In this document: piece by piece, positions 34,668 to 47,196 of the stretch | Numbering within the stretch: position 1 is the first letter of the stretch | Layout: each line of letters starts with the position of its first letter | Assembly: GCF_963506605.1 (NCBI RefSeq) | Contig: NC_083288.1 | Coordinates: forward strand, 31,992,001-32,056,000 | Length of the DNA stretch: 64,000 nucleotides | Origin: Zootoca vivipara | Lineage: Eukaryota | Direction: 5' to 3' | Notes under the pieces: generated by a model | The model's input: the letters and a program-made list of their open reading frames with translations, nothing else | Told to the model about the DNA's origin: nothing | Database searches by the model: none | Translations under genes and position numbers: made by a program

Positions 34668-34746
34668 CAGGGGTCAGCAAACTTTTTCAGCAGGAGGTCG
34701 GTCCACTGTCCCTCAGACCTTGTGGAGGGCCAGACAATATTTTGAA

Positions 34747-34788
<42 letters not shown>

Positions 34789-34948
34789 CAACGAATTCCT
34801 GCACCCCACAAATAACCCAGAGATGCATTTTGAATAAAAGGACACATTCTACTCATGCAAAAATACGTTAATTCCCGGACAGTCCGTGGGCCAGATTTAG
34901 AAGGCGGTTGGGGGATCCAGCCCCCCGGCCTTAATTTGCCTACCCATG
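34668..34948. mobile_element. hAT MITE
   Basis: CAGGGGTCAGCAAAC...TTTGCCTACCCATG with TSD ATGTATGG/ATGTAGGG; related copy at 55117-55366. Confidence 0.85.
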
Positions 34949-35305
34949 ATGTAGGGTCTTTGTTGAACTTGGGTTTCAACAGATGCCCTCAACATACTTA
35001 GAAGGGAAATACCTTGGAATAGTTCATATGGCATGGAAATGCATTTATGGATGTAATCAGATTGAGGATAAAATGAACTATTTGATTATTTGCCCAAATA
35101 AGATTCTTCATCCCATATTCTTTATGGGTTCTCACATTGATTCCCCCCAGGATTGTAATTTAAAACTTTTATGCTGCAAACTTTTATGCTGCAAACTTTT
35201 ATGCTCTAGGCTTTTTAAGATTCATATTGCATCGGTTTAGTGTATTGCCTTGCCCTTGCCCGCTGTTACTCATTGTGAAGGCACCGGGCTATATACAGTA
35301 AATCG

Positions 35306-35562
35306 AATGGCATATGCAACTGCATAGACAGCATTGCAGACATTGTACCTATGGCTAGGCATGTTCATTTAAACAGAATTCCAGGAAGGCTCTCCAGCTT
35401 CTCCCTTCTTGTACAGGTTTTCTGTACTTCCTTAAACAGGTTCAGGAAACAGCTGGCTGCTTGTTCCCAGAAGTCCTGAATATAAAAATGTTCTTCTGCA
35501 TGGGCAGGGTTCCTCATCTGAATGAATTTCTGGAAGCCAACTTGAAATGTGATGCATCCATC
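35306..35562 (-). pseudogene. V2R exon-3 remnant immediately 3' of the gene C stop codon
   Basis: [40 protein letters not shown]-like, with indels and stops. Confidence 0.85.
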
Positions 35563-35651
35563 TTTGTTGAAGTTGCAAGAATTTCCTTAATGCTTCCTTA
35601 ATCAAGCCCAAATGCATTAATTCACTAACCTACAGTTTTCTCATATATGTT

Positions 35652-36553
35652 TCACTTGGTTTTCCTGATTAGTTGCTCCCTGTTATTCAGTTCAGGCCTC
35701 AGTACAATGATGTAGCATTTAGGGAAAAAGATGCAACCCAGTAACCCAGCATTGGATGATAAGATGGAGAAGATCTCCACAGCCACCATGTATTTTCCTT
35801 TGGTGCTCAAGTACGTTGGGACAAAAGTCAGCCAAACACTGCAGAACACCAACATGCTGAAAGTGATAAATTTGGCCTCATTGAAACTGTCTGGCAACTT
35901 CCTGGCTAGGAAAGCCAAAATGAAGCTGACAATGGCCAAGGAACCCATGTAGCCTATGACACAGTAGAACATGAGAGCTGAACCCTCATTACATTCCAGT
36001 AGCATTTCTCCTGTCACTGAGTGCATGTCCATATGTGGGAATGGAGGGAAAGTACATAACCAAAGAGAACAAATGCCAGCTTGAAGAAAGGAGCCGGAGA
36101 GGACAATTGAATTTGCCATTCTCTTCCCCACCCATTTTCTCATTCTGGATCCTGGCTGGGTTGCCATGAATGCCAGAACCACGGTGATGGTTTTTGCCAA
36201 GGTGCTGGAAAGGGCCACAGAGAACATGATGCCAAAGGCTGTTTGTCGGAGAAGGCAGATGAACTTTCCAGGCTGTCCAATGAAGAGTAAGGAACAGAGG
36301 AAGCAAAGAAGGAGAGAGACGAGAAGGATGTAGGTGAGGGTCCTGTTGTTAGCTTTGACTATAGGAGTGTCCTTGTGCTTCACAAAAATTCCAAGTATTG
36401 AAGTTGTGATAAAGGAGAAGGAAATGGCTAAGATAGCTAAGGTGATCCCTAATGTTTCTTTGTAAGAGAGGTAGCTTACAGCTTTGGGAATGCATTGAGT
36501 TTGGTCCATATTGGGAAACTGGTCTTCTGGACATTTGACACAGGCATCCATAT
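35652..36553 (-). CDS. V2R gene C exon 6 (7TM)
   Basis: 299-aa ORF with class C 7TM motifs. Confidence 0.94.
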
Positions 36554-38651
36554 CTGAAAATAGAAAAGAGGTACTTTAAATACTTCTAGAAGTTGATCAT
36601 CACCTATTTAAAGGGGAGGTCTGTGAGAATGAATTTCTAGGAGAAAGGGGTCCCTTAATATCAAAATCCTTTACAGTATTTTAATTTTATCTCCAGCAAA
36701 GAATACCATATTGTGAGGGACAGAACGTACAGGCAGGTCCCTCCCATCTTAAGCAGCAGCTCATCACCCAATGGGAGCGCTAGTGGGGAGGAAGAGATCT
36801 CCAGCGGAGATTCAGGAAGTGGTGTCCGAGGCTCAGGCAAGGTAGCGGAGCCCATGTCCAGTTTGGGAAGGGAAGTGGGAAGCAAAGGAAGAAGACCAGT
36901 CCCACCGACCCCGGAACTGAGGATGAAACAACGGGGGCGGAGATTCAGTATGCCGAGATTACTTTGCTGGAGGAAAACGCGCAAATCTCCATTCGGAGCT
37001 TCTGACCCTTAACGGACAACATGTACATAGTACTGCTCTGCACTGTAAATAATCAGCACTAAATAAAACGCCTGGAGGAGTCGTTACTCTAGAGTAGCCA
37101 CCAACGCGCCTGTGACACATATGAAACTGCTTGACCATCTATGCTGTGCTGTGAGAATGATACCCACTTTTCTGACAGTGTTAGAAACTTACAAGGAATT
37201 TATGTAATTCACTTTAAAGACCAAAGAAGTAATTTTCATATGATAATTATCATTATTGTTTTTGTTTTTTTATTCTATTAATAATTTGTTATTGGTTTGG
37301 GTAGTACTGTTCTTATAGGCTATGTTCTGAAGGTAGAATGCCTAACCATCCTGTAAAAATGACTAATGATTGATTCAGTTTTCTCCCTGGATAGTAGACT
37401 GTTTTGAATCTCTATGTACATTGCCTTGAGTTCCCTTCTGATTACATGAGACAGGGAGGATACAAAGAGAAAGAAATAGGATTGGACAGGAATTTGCCAA
37501 ACTCAGATTACAAAAGAGCCCAGGGGTGGCCCATGGCATTTCGCCACCTGAGGCAAATTGGGAGAGAGTTGCCAGTGACCACACCACCATTCCACACCAC
37601 TGCAGGAATGTCCCCTCTCATGGAACTGTCATGAGCCAGGGCATTCAACAAGGAATTACTGCTCATCTCCTTCACACCAGGGTAGGGAAGTTGAGCAGTC
37701 ACACTGTGTGTAGAAACACCCCACTCTCACCAGCAAGAGGGAGGATTCCACCAGCAGCAGAAGCAGTGTGGCAAGCTAATTTGATCTGGATGGATCATGA
37801 TGTGAATCAAATCATCGGGGCTATTTCCTGGCTATTCAAAAAAACAGTTCTATATCCTAACCTCTAAAATTTGCAAAAGCCAATTTCTAAGTCCACATGG
37901 GCACATTTGCCCATCTGAGATGATATAAGAGAACAATGCAAAATGTTTTCCATGGGCAGTTATGTGCTAACTGCTACATCACAATGCTCTCTACTTCTTA
38001 CAGTATGGCCACTGATGGAGTTCTCCTAATCTATCCATACATTAAGATTTGCTGGATGGCCTTTTTCAGTGATAGGATTAGCTGGGACACAGGAGATGGT
38101 CTCAGCCGTTATGGAACTCCCAGGAAAAGGGGTCCATTTTGCCTCCTTTAATATTGATGGGCATTTGTACTATCACATTTCTCTAGTTATTTTATGGTAC
38201 CTTAGACTTGTATTTATTTATTAATTTTATTTTTAAATTTATACACTCCCTTTCACACAAGGAGCTGTAAAACCAACAATAAACTATGAGGGGATATCCC
38301 CACCCAACAGATTTAATATGATTTAAAAAATACTTTCTTACATTTATATCCCATTTTTCTCCCGCTGTTCATTGCAAGGTTGTATATATCAGGTCTCCAG
38401 TCTGTCCCCCATCCAGATACTGATCAGACCTAGAACTGCTTAGCTTCATCAAAATAGTGGCTATATGATCCTTAAGAGTCAAGACATAATTCCATCTGAT
38501 GTACTTGATATTATATCTCCTACCTATCTGCTTAGAGATCATCCCTTCTGCACATGGAGCACAATCGTAGCAGCAAAATTTTTCTCCCTCCTTCTTTTTC
38601 CTGCTGTAGCCAGGATAGCAGTTGTCATTGCACACAGAAATAGGCAACACC

Positions 38652-38701
<50 letters not shown>

Positions 38702-41700
38702 TGGTGATTAACAATAAGATACTTTTACTCTTCTATCATTCACTTCCCATCTGATTTGAATCAAGTGAGGGGGAGAGTGAGGAAACCCCATTAGGCTCAG
38801 ATGCCTCTATTACTTTCTTCTGACCCTTTGGCACCAGCTTCTATCTGTTGCGAATCTATGGTCTGCAGTACAGACCCTTCTCTACTGAATTTCTGCTCGT
38901 GTCAGCAGTGTTGCAGTGTAAGAGGCAACAGGCTCATTTCCACATTCTTTATCACATGATCATGAATGTATCAGGGGATGAATAACTTAAGAATAAGTAG
39001 GGAATTGCTGATCTCTGTATTTTGGGCTGTTGACCCTGACATTAGAAGTGCCAGTTGTAATGAAAATGAAGCTGACCTGTTTGAGATCTTTGTTAGTGCT
39101 TGCATCAAATATGAGTCTAGATTTTTAAAAATCGCCAGAATCCTCTTCCAACTTGAAATGAAATGGGGGAGGATTGCTGGATCCCTTGGCTGACAGATTT
39201 TTGCATTCTTCTTCTTCTCCTACTTCTCCTTCCAAAGAATTCTCCTATTCTACATTATTTCACAAATATGTCCATTATATAAAGTTTTGGATTGATATTC
39301 TTCTCATTTACTTACTCAAGTGTTTACTGCTTTATATACATAAAAGTTAGATAACCTATCTTACCTGGTTAAAACTTGGATGCCATAGAATTTGGTCATC
39401 ATTTATTCTTAACTCTTTTCCTAAAGGAGCCTGAGAATCCAGTCTTCCCACTTTTGCTCTAACCAGTGAGCCATTGGGAAAAATCCACCAGTTTGTTACA
39501 TCAAAAGAAGCAACTAATTCTCCATTGTCATCAAAATGCACAGAATCTCCAACACTGTTATTGAATGTGATGTGCCTTAGAAAGGAATGCAGCTTTTAAA
39601 GAGAATATATGCAGAGATGTCACTAGATCTTGAAATTTATTCAATGGGTTTCACGGAGGACTTACTAATTTTTCAACAGTAAGTCGTTCTCATTAAATAA
39701 CTCTATATTAGGACAATTATATAATCTATCAAGCAGTGCCTTTTCAAAATAAAGCAAGAAGGCAGGCATACAAATTGTAGCTAGAAATGAATTATGCAAA
39801 TCTACAGCTCCCTTTACCTCTGGCCAAATGTAGAATAGTAATTACCTGCCATGATTGCACATTTGGAAATGCCAGTTCCCCTCCTTGCATAATCCTTCTA
39901 CTCCTGGAGCTGCTTTTCTTTATGGCATGCAAAGCATGTGCCACAATGTAGACAGCGTTGTAGACATTGTAGCTGTGGCCAGTCATGTCCATTTCAAACA
40001 GAATTCCAGGAAGGCCCTCCAGCTTCTCGTCCCCAGTACAAGCTTTGCTGTTTTCCTCCTCTTGCTGTCCTTTAGAGATTTTGAATGAGCAGCTGAAGGC
40101 CTGCTCCCAGAAGAACTGGATGAAACCATCACCTTTTGCCCACAATGGCCTTAACTTGTGAATGAAATTGTGGAAGTCTAATAAATGACTTGAGGGAACT
40201 GTGAAGGATAAAGAACCATGAAAGGCTTGCATATCCCAATTCTTCTGTAGAGAGTGCGATGCAAAATCCCAGTGGGATGTAACAATCCACACTTTATTCA
40301 GAGGTGGCAGTGAGAATAAAGGTGCAGCAAACAGCAGCATTCTCAAAACCTGAAAAGATGGAGGCTCTCCATAAATAAAGAATACACTGGGATTTTCCAT
40401 ACTGGAGTTTGCCTCAAAGATTTTTGCATAGCTTTCAAAATGCTGCAAAGCAAAGTCTATCATCTCATCCACATAATTCCATTTGGGTATTCTTGTGACG
40501 AAGGCATAACAGATACCATGAATGGAAAGCAATGGCATCATTGTCTGTAAAAATCTATCTCCTCGATCATCATCTACAGACCCAAGTCCAATCCAGGTCC
40601 ATCTGAAATGCTGAAGTAACCGCACAAGACCCATGTGCTGGTAGGCTTCATTGGGGACCATCTGGTATAGAAAAGGGAATAAACTTTGAACACCTTTTAG
40701 TGGCAGAAATGATCCATAAGTGAGCTGAAAAGTACAAGAGCAGAAGAGAATGTTAAATCATACACTTGTAGGAGGTCCTGAAGGTCTCTTTGAAGACCCC
40801 CTGTGAAGATCTCCCCAGTAATTGGTTTCATCATGACCTACCCTGAATCACTTGTTTCAGGCAGCATGTCTCTTCTTCTGAATATTTTATTTACTGCTGC
40901 ATGCATGTCTACCTTCTACCATGCCAAATGAACTTGGCAGAGCACTCTTTGGTTAGGATGGTGCCCTGAAAGGCCATTGAACACTGCTGCCATGTTGCTA
41001 GAGCTCTCTCATCAATTATCACCATTGCTTGCTTAAGTTGTAGTAGCAGAGAACACAACAGTGATCCTGACTGAAGCTGGCAACATTGGGAGAGACATTA
41101 GGCTTCCAACAAGTCTGTGGTTTTCAGGAGGCCATTTCTCATGTTACAAAACAAAATGTCACAAAACCTTGCCATAGGATTGACAATATTTAGAGTAGCT
41201 TCACTGTAGCACTGGGAATACGTAGGAATGGAACAGATATAATATTCAGTTCCCATTTAAGCAGGGACCTACATAATGCTCATGTGCAAAACAACCTCAG
41301 AATGAAAAGATAGCAGCCTTTTGAAATTTTCCATTCTTTAATTTAGCAATGAAAATCACCAGCTGAGTGATATGTGCTAAAATGCATATGCAAAGGTATA
41401 GTGTGTGTTAGAATGCATATAATAGTGAAAATAACATAAAATACATAATAGGAGAGAATTGATTTTCAAAATAGTTTACATAGGGAACGTTGCAACCAGG
41501 CATATGTAGTCCACAGGAAAATGCTCACAGGAAATTTATTGAAAGGGTTGCTGAGATCAAGATAGTGTACAAGAGTTGTAAGAGCTCCATACACTCATGA
41601 AGAGAGCTTACCTGTGGAGTCTTGTGGATTGCTGAAATGATGGCCATGTTGGCAGAAATTTCAGACATGCACCCTCCAATGAGAGCTATCAGATTGTTCT

Positions 41701-42679
41701 GGTTGTCACACTTGAAGTTGGGGACAAACCTATGTCGTGCTGACAGAAGGCTTAAGGTAGCTTTATAGGTCATTCTTGCAGTGTAGTAGCTATTGAGGAT
41801 GTGGAGTCCCAGAGAAATATTTGGTAAGATGTTGGGATTCTCATTGATCTCTTTGACAGCAAATGCAAAGGCCAGGATGTGCTGGTAGTTCTTCGGCACT
41901 GAACTGTAATCAGAGTTACATTCTGTTTAATAAAATAAGGACTGCAGCTACAATAAAACAGCATTTTAATTGTAAGCTTGTAAGACGGAGATGTATCGTA
42001 GCTTAGAATTATACAATACACTATTGAAATGCATAGCCATAAGCATGATATGAGCTACCACAAAGTGTAGACCTAAATGTTCAATCTGACCAAATTCCTC
42101 TCCGTACATATTGTACTCACTCCTATTTTGTACAAGAGCAGCAACTACCAACCTAAGCAGAAGGGACTTCACTATGATGTAATTGGGTTTTTTTTTTTGT
42201 TTCACATCAGTGGGGTCATGGAGGAAAGCTTATTAATGGTCTGTGAAGAACAATATAATGTAGAATGTAATAGATCTACCAACAATTTCCAACTGTTACT
42301 GGGAAACCACATTTCTCACATGAACAGTAAATAAATCACAATATTTCTTGACAATGCATTCTCAGTAATTATGAACTGAACATCTTACAAAGTGAGAGAG
42401 GGAAGAGGGAAGGTCTTACATAGGTTCATCAGTGATGGTCTGTGTACGCTGTTCCAGGAAAGAGAGGCTATCATAAAGAAAGAATATTTGAGAAACAATT
42501 CCACCGATGACAAGGTCCCCTGGCTGGTAAAATTCATGAGGAATAGGGAAGGGGTCGTCAAATATGCTGCAATTCATAAAATGTTTCCCACAAACAGTAT
42601 GACACAACAGTATGAGGAGCAATGCGACTACTAGCATGATCCTGTTGCGAAAATGTTCCCCGCAAATTGAGATGCCCAT
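35652..42679 (-). CDS. V2R gene C, intact vomeronasal type-2 receptor, ~895 aa; join(42420-42679,41612-41903,39846-40724,39365-39592,38524-38650,35652-36553)
   Basis: Six GT-AG exons, 2688 nt total, in frame. Confidence 0.92.
36712..37117 (+). mobile_element. Solo LTR (406 bp) in gene C intron 5
   Basis: TGT...ACA ends, 5-bp TSD CATAT, AATAAA, empty site in B (~22035). Confidence 0.88.
38524..38650 (-). CDS. V2R gene C exon 5
   Basis: 127-nt cysteine-rich exon. Confidence 0.92.
38652..38701. repeat. (AAT)n microsatellite at the exon-5 acceptor of gene C
   Basis: Directly visible. Confidence 0.95.
39365..39592 (-). CDS. V2R gene C exon 4
   Basis: 228 nt, AG/GT flanks. Confidence 0.92.
39846..40724 (-). 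CDS. V2R gene C exon 3
   Basis: 879 nt, open. Confidence 0.93.
41612..41903 (-). CDS. V2R gene C exon 2
   Basis: 292 nt, open. Confidence 0.92.
42420..42679 (-). CDS. V2R gene C exon 1
   Basis: 260 nt, signal peptide. Confidence 0.9.
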
Positions 42680-43802
42680 TTTTCAATATGGCAAAGCAGG
42701 AATATGCAGCTGTCCTGTACAGGGATCAAACCTGAAACCTTGGCATTGTCAGCCCCAGATGGCTCTTCCTGGACTGATTTACTGATTGATCTGTTACATA
42801 ACAATTTTTCTGTCCATTTAAATATATATCATTTCCCATCGGTATCCATAACCATATCCTGAGCTTTCTCCTCAATTTTTTCTCTAAAGCTGAGTGAGAA
42901 ATATAAGCTCCTTCCCCTTTCTACAATCCTTATCTATAGATCTTCATCTCTAAGGATCAATTATTTTAATATGTATTTCAAAGGGAGGTGTTGTCCTGAG
43001 AGTTCTTCGTCTGCCCCCTACCCCACAAAAAAAGGAAATTAAGTCAAGGGTGTGTAGGTCAGTGTGATGGTGAATCGATACATAGCTAATGCCCAATTTC
43101 TTAACACTAAGAACTGGAAGATGAACTTGTGGAAACAAAGTGATGAGCTATACTCCTAGTATGATTTTTGCGATAGAATGGTGGCAGAAGCAGCTCATGG
43201 AAGCCCTCCTGACCCAACAAATGCATGACAGAGCAGTGCCTCTTCCTAGATCCAGTTTGCAGCATGAAGACTTTATAGCTTTTTCTTTTGGATATTCATT
43301 GTTATTCCTATTTATGGTCTCTAGGCATCAATTAAGTCAGAGGATGGAAACCAGTAATTTTGACAATGACAGGGATGTCTATAACTTCCCCAGTGAGTTG
43401 ATAGACTTTGAAATTTCATCAAGCATGGTAAAAATACTACAAGTCTCTCCACCCCGAAAAAGTATTGTAATTCCTAAATTATACCATTCAGCCATCATGT
43501 TCTTACTGGGAAACTGCATGTGTTAAGGACAACAGAAGAATTAATTAGGCAATACAGATATTGTATGGGATTGTGGGTAGTTCAAGATTCACCATTGCCT
43601 TGGAATTGGATTGTTGTCAGTGGCAAAGGAATGGACTGAAGTCCCAGGTTTGTTTATTCAGTAGAAAAGACACGTGGATTCTGTGCAAGTGAAGTGATCA
43701 TGCAATTGAAACTACAATTCAACAAGTAGCCAACTTGCAACCCATATTATCCAAATGGAATGATTCAAGACGAGAGCACAATGTGATTTAGGGATAACTT
43801 GA

Positions 43803-44173
43803 AGGGACCCAGGTGGCGGAAGTGACCCAGGTGGCGCTGTGGTTAAACCACTGAGCCTAGGGCTTGCTGATCTGAAAGTTGGCGGTTCGAATCCCTGTGA
43901 CGGGGTGAGCTCCCGTTGCTTGGTCCCAGTTCCTGCCAACCTAGCAGTTCGAAAGCATGTCAAAGTGCAAGTAGATAAATAGGAACCGCTAGAGCGGGAA
44001 GGTAAACGGCTTTTCCATGTGCTGCTCTGGTTTGCCAGAAGCGGCTTTGTCATGCTGGCCACATGACCTGGAAGCTGTACGCCGGCTCCCTCGGCCAATA
44101 ATGCGAGATGAGCGCGCAACCCCAGAGTCGGTCACGACTGGACCTAATGGTCAGGGGTCCCTTTACCTTTACC
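43803..44173 (+). mobile_element. Sauria SINE, full length with duplicated 5' start
   Basis: GGGACCCAGGTGGCG head occurs twice; box B GGTTCGAATCC; (ACCTTT)n tail; empty site at ~30805. Confidence 0.92.
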
Positions 44174-45194
44174 TTGGAGATATATATGACGGAGGTACAG
44201 CATTTTGGTGCTTGTTGAAACCTTTAATATTTAAACCTGAATGCATCTGCACTAAAACACAGACTTCTAAACAGGAACATATATTTAATTAAGGAAATAA
44301 TTAATATTTAATTAAGGAACATAAAACGTATGCTGACATGCATGTTCTGACATGCAGCAACAGAGTAAGGGAAATAAAAGTTTGGCAGTAACCAGACGGG
44401 GTAGAGAATAGCAGGTTCAGTGACGAAGATGCAGCAGAGACCAGCACGGAAGGGTAGAGGAGCAGAGGACTGAAACAGGAGAGCCAACTGACCTCCAAAC
44501 TCTGAAAGGGTTAACCTCTGACTCAGAGGAAGGGGAGGGAATTACACCAGTGTGGCTGGAGAATAAGAGGAGGGTAATAAAACTCCGCAATTTAGGTGTT
44601 GGAATTGAAGCCATAAATCATTGGCAGCAACTGACTGCGATGATTCAGACTGATTTACTGTGAACTCTTGTTGACTTGTACATATTGTAAAAAATCACTG
44701 AGCCATGGTCACTTCTGTTTGCGGAGGAGAGAGCACATACTAACATGACACGTGATATTGGTGGAGAACATAAAGTAATTGGCCGCTATAGACTATTATT
44801 AGAATGTATAGCACATTATATTAGAAATTATCAACAGTGCCTTCCATGCTGGATTGGGAGAAAGGATTTGACAAGGTTGGAGATTTACAGATTAAACTTG
44901 TTATGGGAGATATTTCCAAGAAATATGCAAAGTATATTGTAAACTATTTATTGCGACAGAGCCAAAAAAGAAGTTTCTAAACATTTGTTGAGAGATTATA
45001 AGGGAATAGTGGGAACCACCATGATCTTCTGCATGGGAAGGGTTCCTCATCAGATGGGACGTGAATGAATTTCTGAAAGCCAACTTGAAATGTGATGCAC
45101 ACATCTTAGTTGAAGTTGCAAGGATTTCCTTAATGTTTCCTTAATCAAGCCCAAATGCATTCATTCACTAACCTAACGTTTTCTCATATATGCT

Positions 45195-46096
45195 TCACTT
45201 GGTTTTCCTTATTAGTTGCTCCCTGTTATTCAGTTCAGGCCTCAGTACAATGATGTAGCATTTAGGGAAAAAGATGCAAGCCAGTAACCCAGCATTGGAT
45301 GATAAGATGCAGAAGATCTCCACAGCCACCATGTATTTTCCTTTGGTGCTCAGGTACGTTGGGACAAAAGTCAGCCAAACACTGCAAAACACCAACATGC
45401 TGAAAGTGATAAATTTGGCCTCATTGAAACTGTCTGGCAACTTCCTGGCTAGGAAAGCCAAAATGAAGCTGACAATGGCCAAGGAACCCATGTAGCCTAT
45501 GACATAGTAGAACATGATAGCTGAACCCTCATTACATTCCAGTAGCATTTCACCAGTCACTGAGTGCTTGTCCATATCTGGGAATGGAGGGAAAGTACAT
45601 AACCAAAGAGAACAAATGCCAGCTTGAAGAAAGGAGCCGGAGAGGACAATTGAATTTGCCATTCTCTTCCCCACCCATTTTCTCATTCTGGATCCTGGCT
45701 GGGTTGCCATGAATGCCAGAACCACGGTGATGGTTTTTGCCAAGGTGCTGGAAAGGGCCACAGAGAACATGATGCCAAAGGCTGTTTGTCGGAGAAGGCA
45801 GATGACCTTCCCAGGCTGTCCAATGAAGAGTAAGGAACAGAGGAAGCAAAGAAGGAGAGAGACGAGAAGGATGTAGGTGAGGGTCCTATTGTTGGCTTTG
45901 ACTATGGGAGTGTCCTTGTGCTTCACAAAAATTCCAAGTATTGAAGTTGTGATAAAGGCAAAGGAAATGGCTAAGATAGCTAAGGTGATCCCTAATGTTT
46001 CTTTGTAAGAGAGGTAGCTTACAGCTTTGGGAATGCATTGAGTTTGGTCCATATTGGGAAACTGGTCTTCTGGACATTTGACGCAGGCATCCATAT
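45195..46096 (-). CDS. V2R unit D exon 6 (7TM), open
   Basis: 299-aa ORF, very similar to exon 6 of B and C. Confidence 0.8.
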
Positions 46097-46268
46097 CTGA
46101 AAATAGAAAAGAGCTACTTTAAATACTTCCAGAAGTTGATCATCACCTATTTAAAGGGGCGATCAGTGAGAATGAATTTCTAGGGGAAAGGGGTCCCTTA
46201 ATATCAAAATCCTTGATGTTAATTTCATCTCAAGTAAATAATACCGTATGAAACTTCTCAACCATCTA

Positions 46269-46329
46269 CAGGTGAAACTCGGAAAATTAGAATATCATCA
46301 AAAAGTGCATTTATTCAAGTAATGCAAGG

Positions 46330-46373
<44 letters not shown>

Positions 46374-46640
46374 TTACAAGTGCTTTCTTTTGGCAATTCC
46401 ACAGTACTAAAACAAATCGTTACAACAAAAATAAACATCGCTGTTACATTTCCTTAATCACTTTCCATTTATAATTGACCTGCCTAACGACAAATAATTA
46501 CAATTACAACAAATAAAGGCTTGACATATCTTGCTCTGCATGTCATGCATCTATCTCATATATTGGTTTCACCTTTTAAGTTGCATTACTGAAATAAATG
46601 CACCTTTCGACGATATTCTAATTTTTTTTAGTTTCACCTG
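46269..46640. mobile_element. Tc1-like MITE
   Basis: ~55-bp TIRs CAGGTGAAACTCGGAAAATTAGAATATC..., TA TSD, empty site in B and C. Confidence 0.9.
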
Positions 46641-46840
46641 TATGCTTTGCTGTGAGAACAATACTAATACCCACTAATCTGACAGTGTTTAAAACTTACA
46701 GGGCTAATTTACTTAAATCAATTTAAAGGCTAAAGAAGTAATTTTAATAGGAAAATCATCATTACTGTTGTTTTTCTTTCTTTCTATTAATAATTTGCTG
46801 CTGGTTTGGATAATGCTATTCTTATAGAGTATGGTATTAA

Positions 46841-47196
46841 GGGGGCGCAGGTGGTGCTGTGGGTTAAACCACAGAGCCTAGGGCTTGCCGATCAGAAGGT
46901 CAGCAGTTTGAATCCCTGCAACTGGGTGAGCTCCCATTGCTCGGTCCCTGCTCCTACCAATCTAGCAGTTCGAAAGCACGTCAAAGTGCAAGTAGATAAA
47001 TAGGTACCGCTACAGCAGGAAGTTAAACGGCTTTTCCGTGTGCTGCTCTGGTTCGCCAGAAGCGGCTTTGTCATGCTGGCCACATGGCCTGGAAGCTGTA
47101 CACCAGCTCCCTCGGCCAATAATGCGAGATGAGTGCCACAACCCCAGAGTCGGTCACGACTGGACCTAACGGTCATGGGTACCTTTACTTTTTACC
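46841..47196 (+). mobile_element. Sauria SINE
   Basis: Homologous to 43803-44173. Confidence 0.9.
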
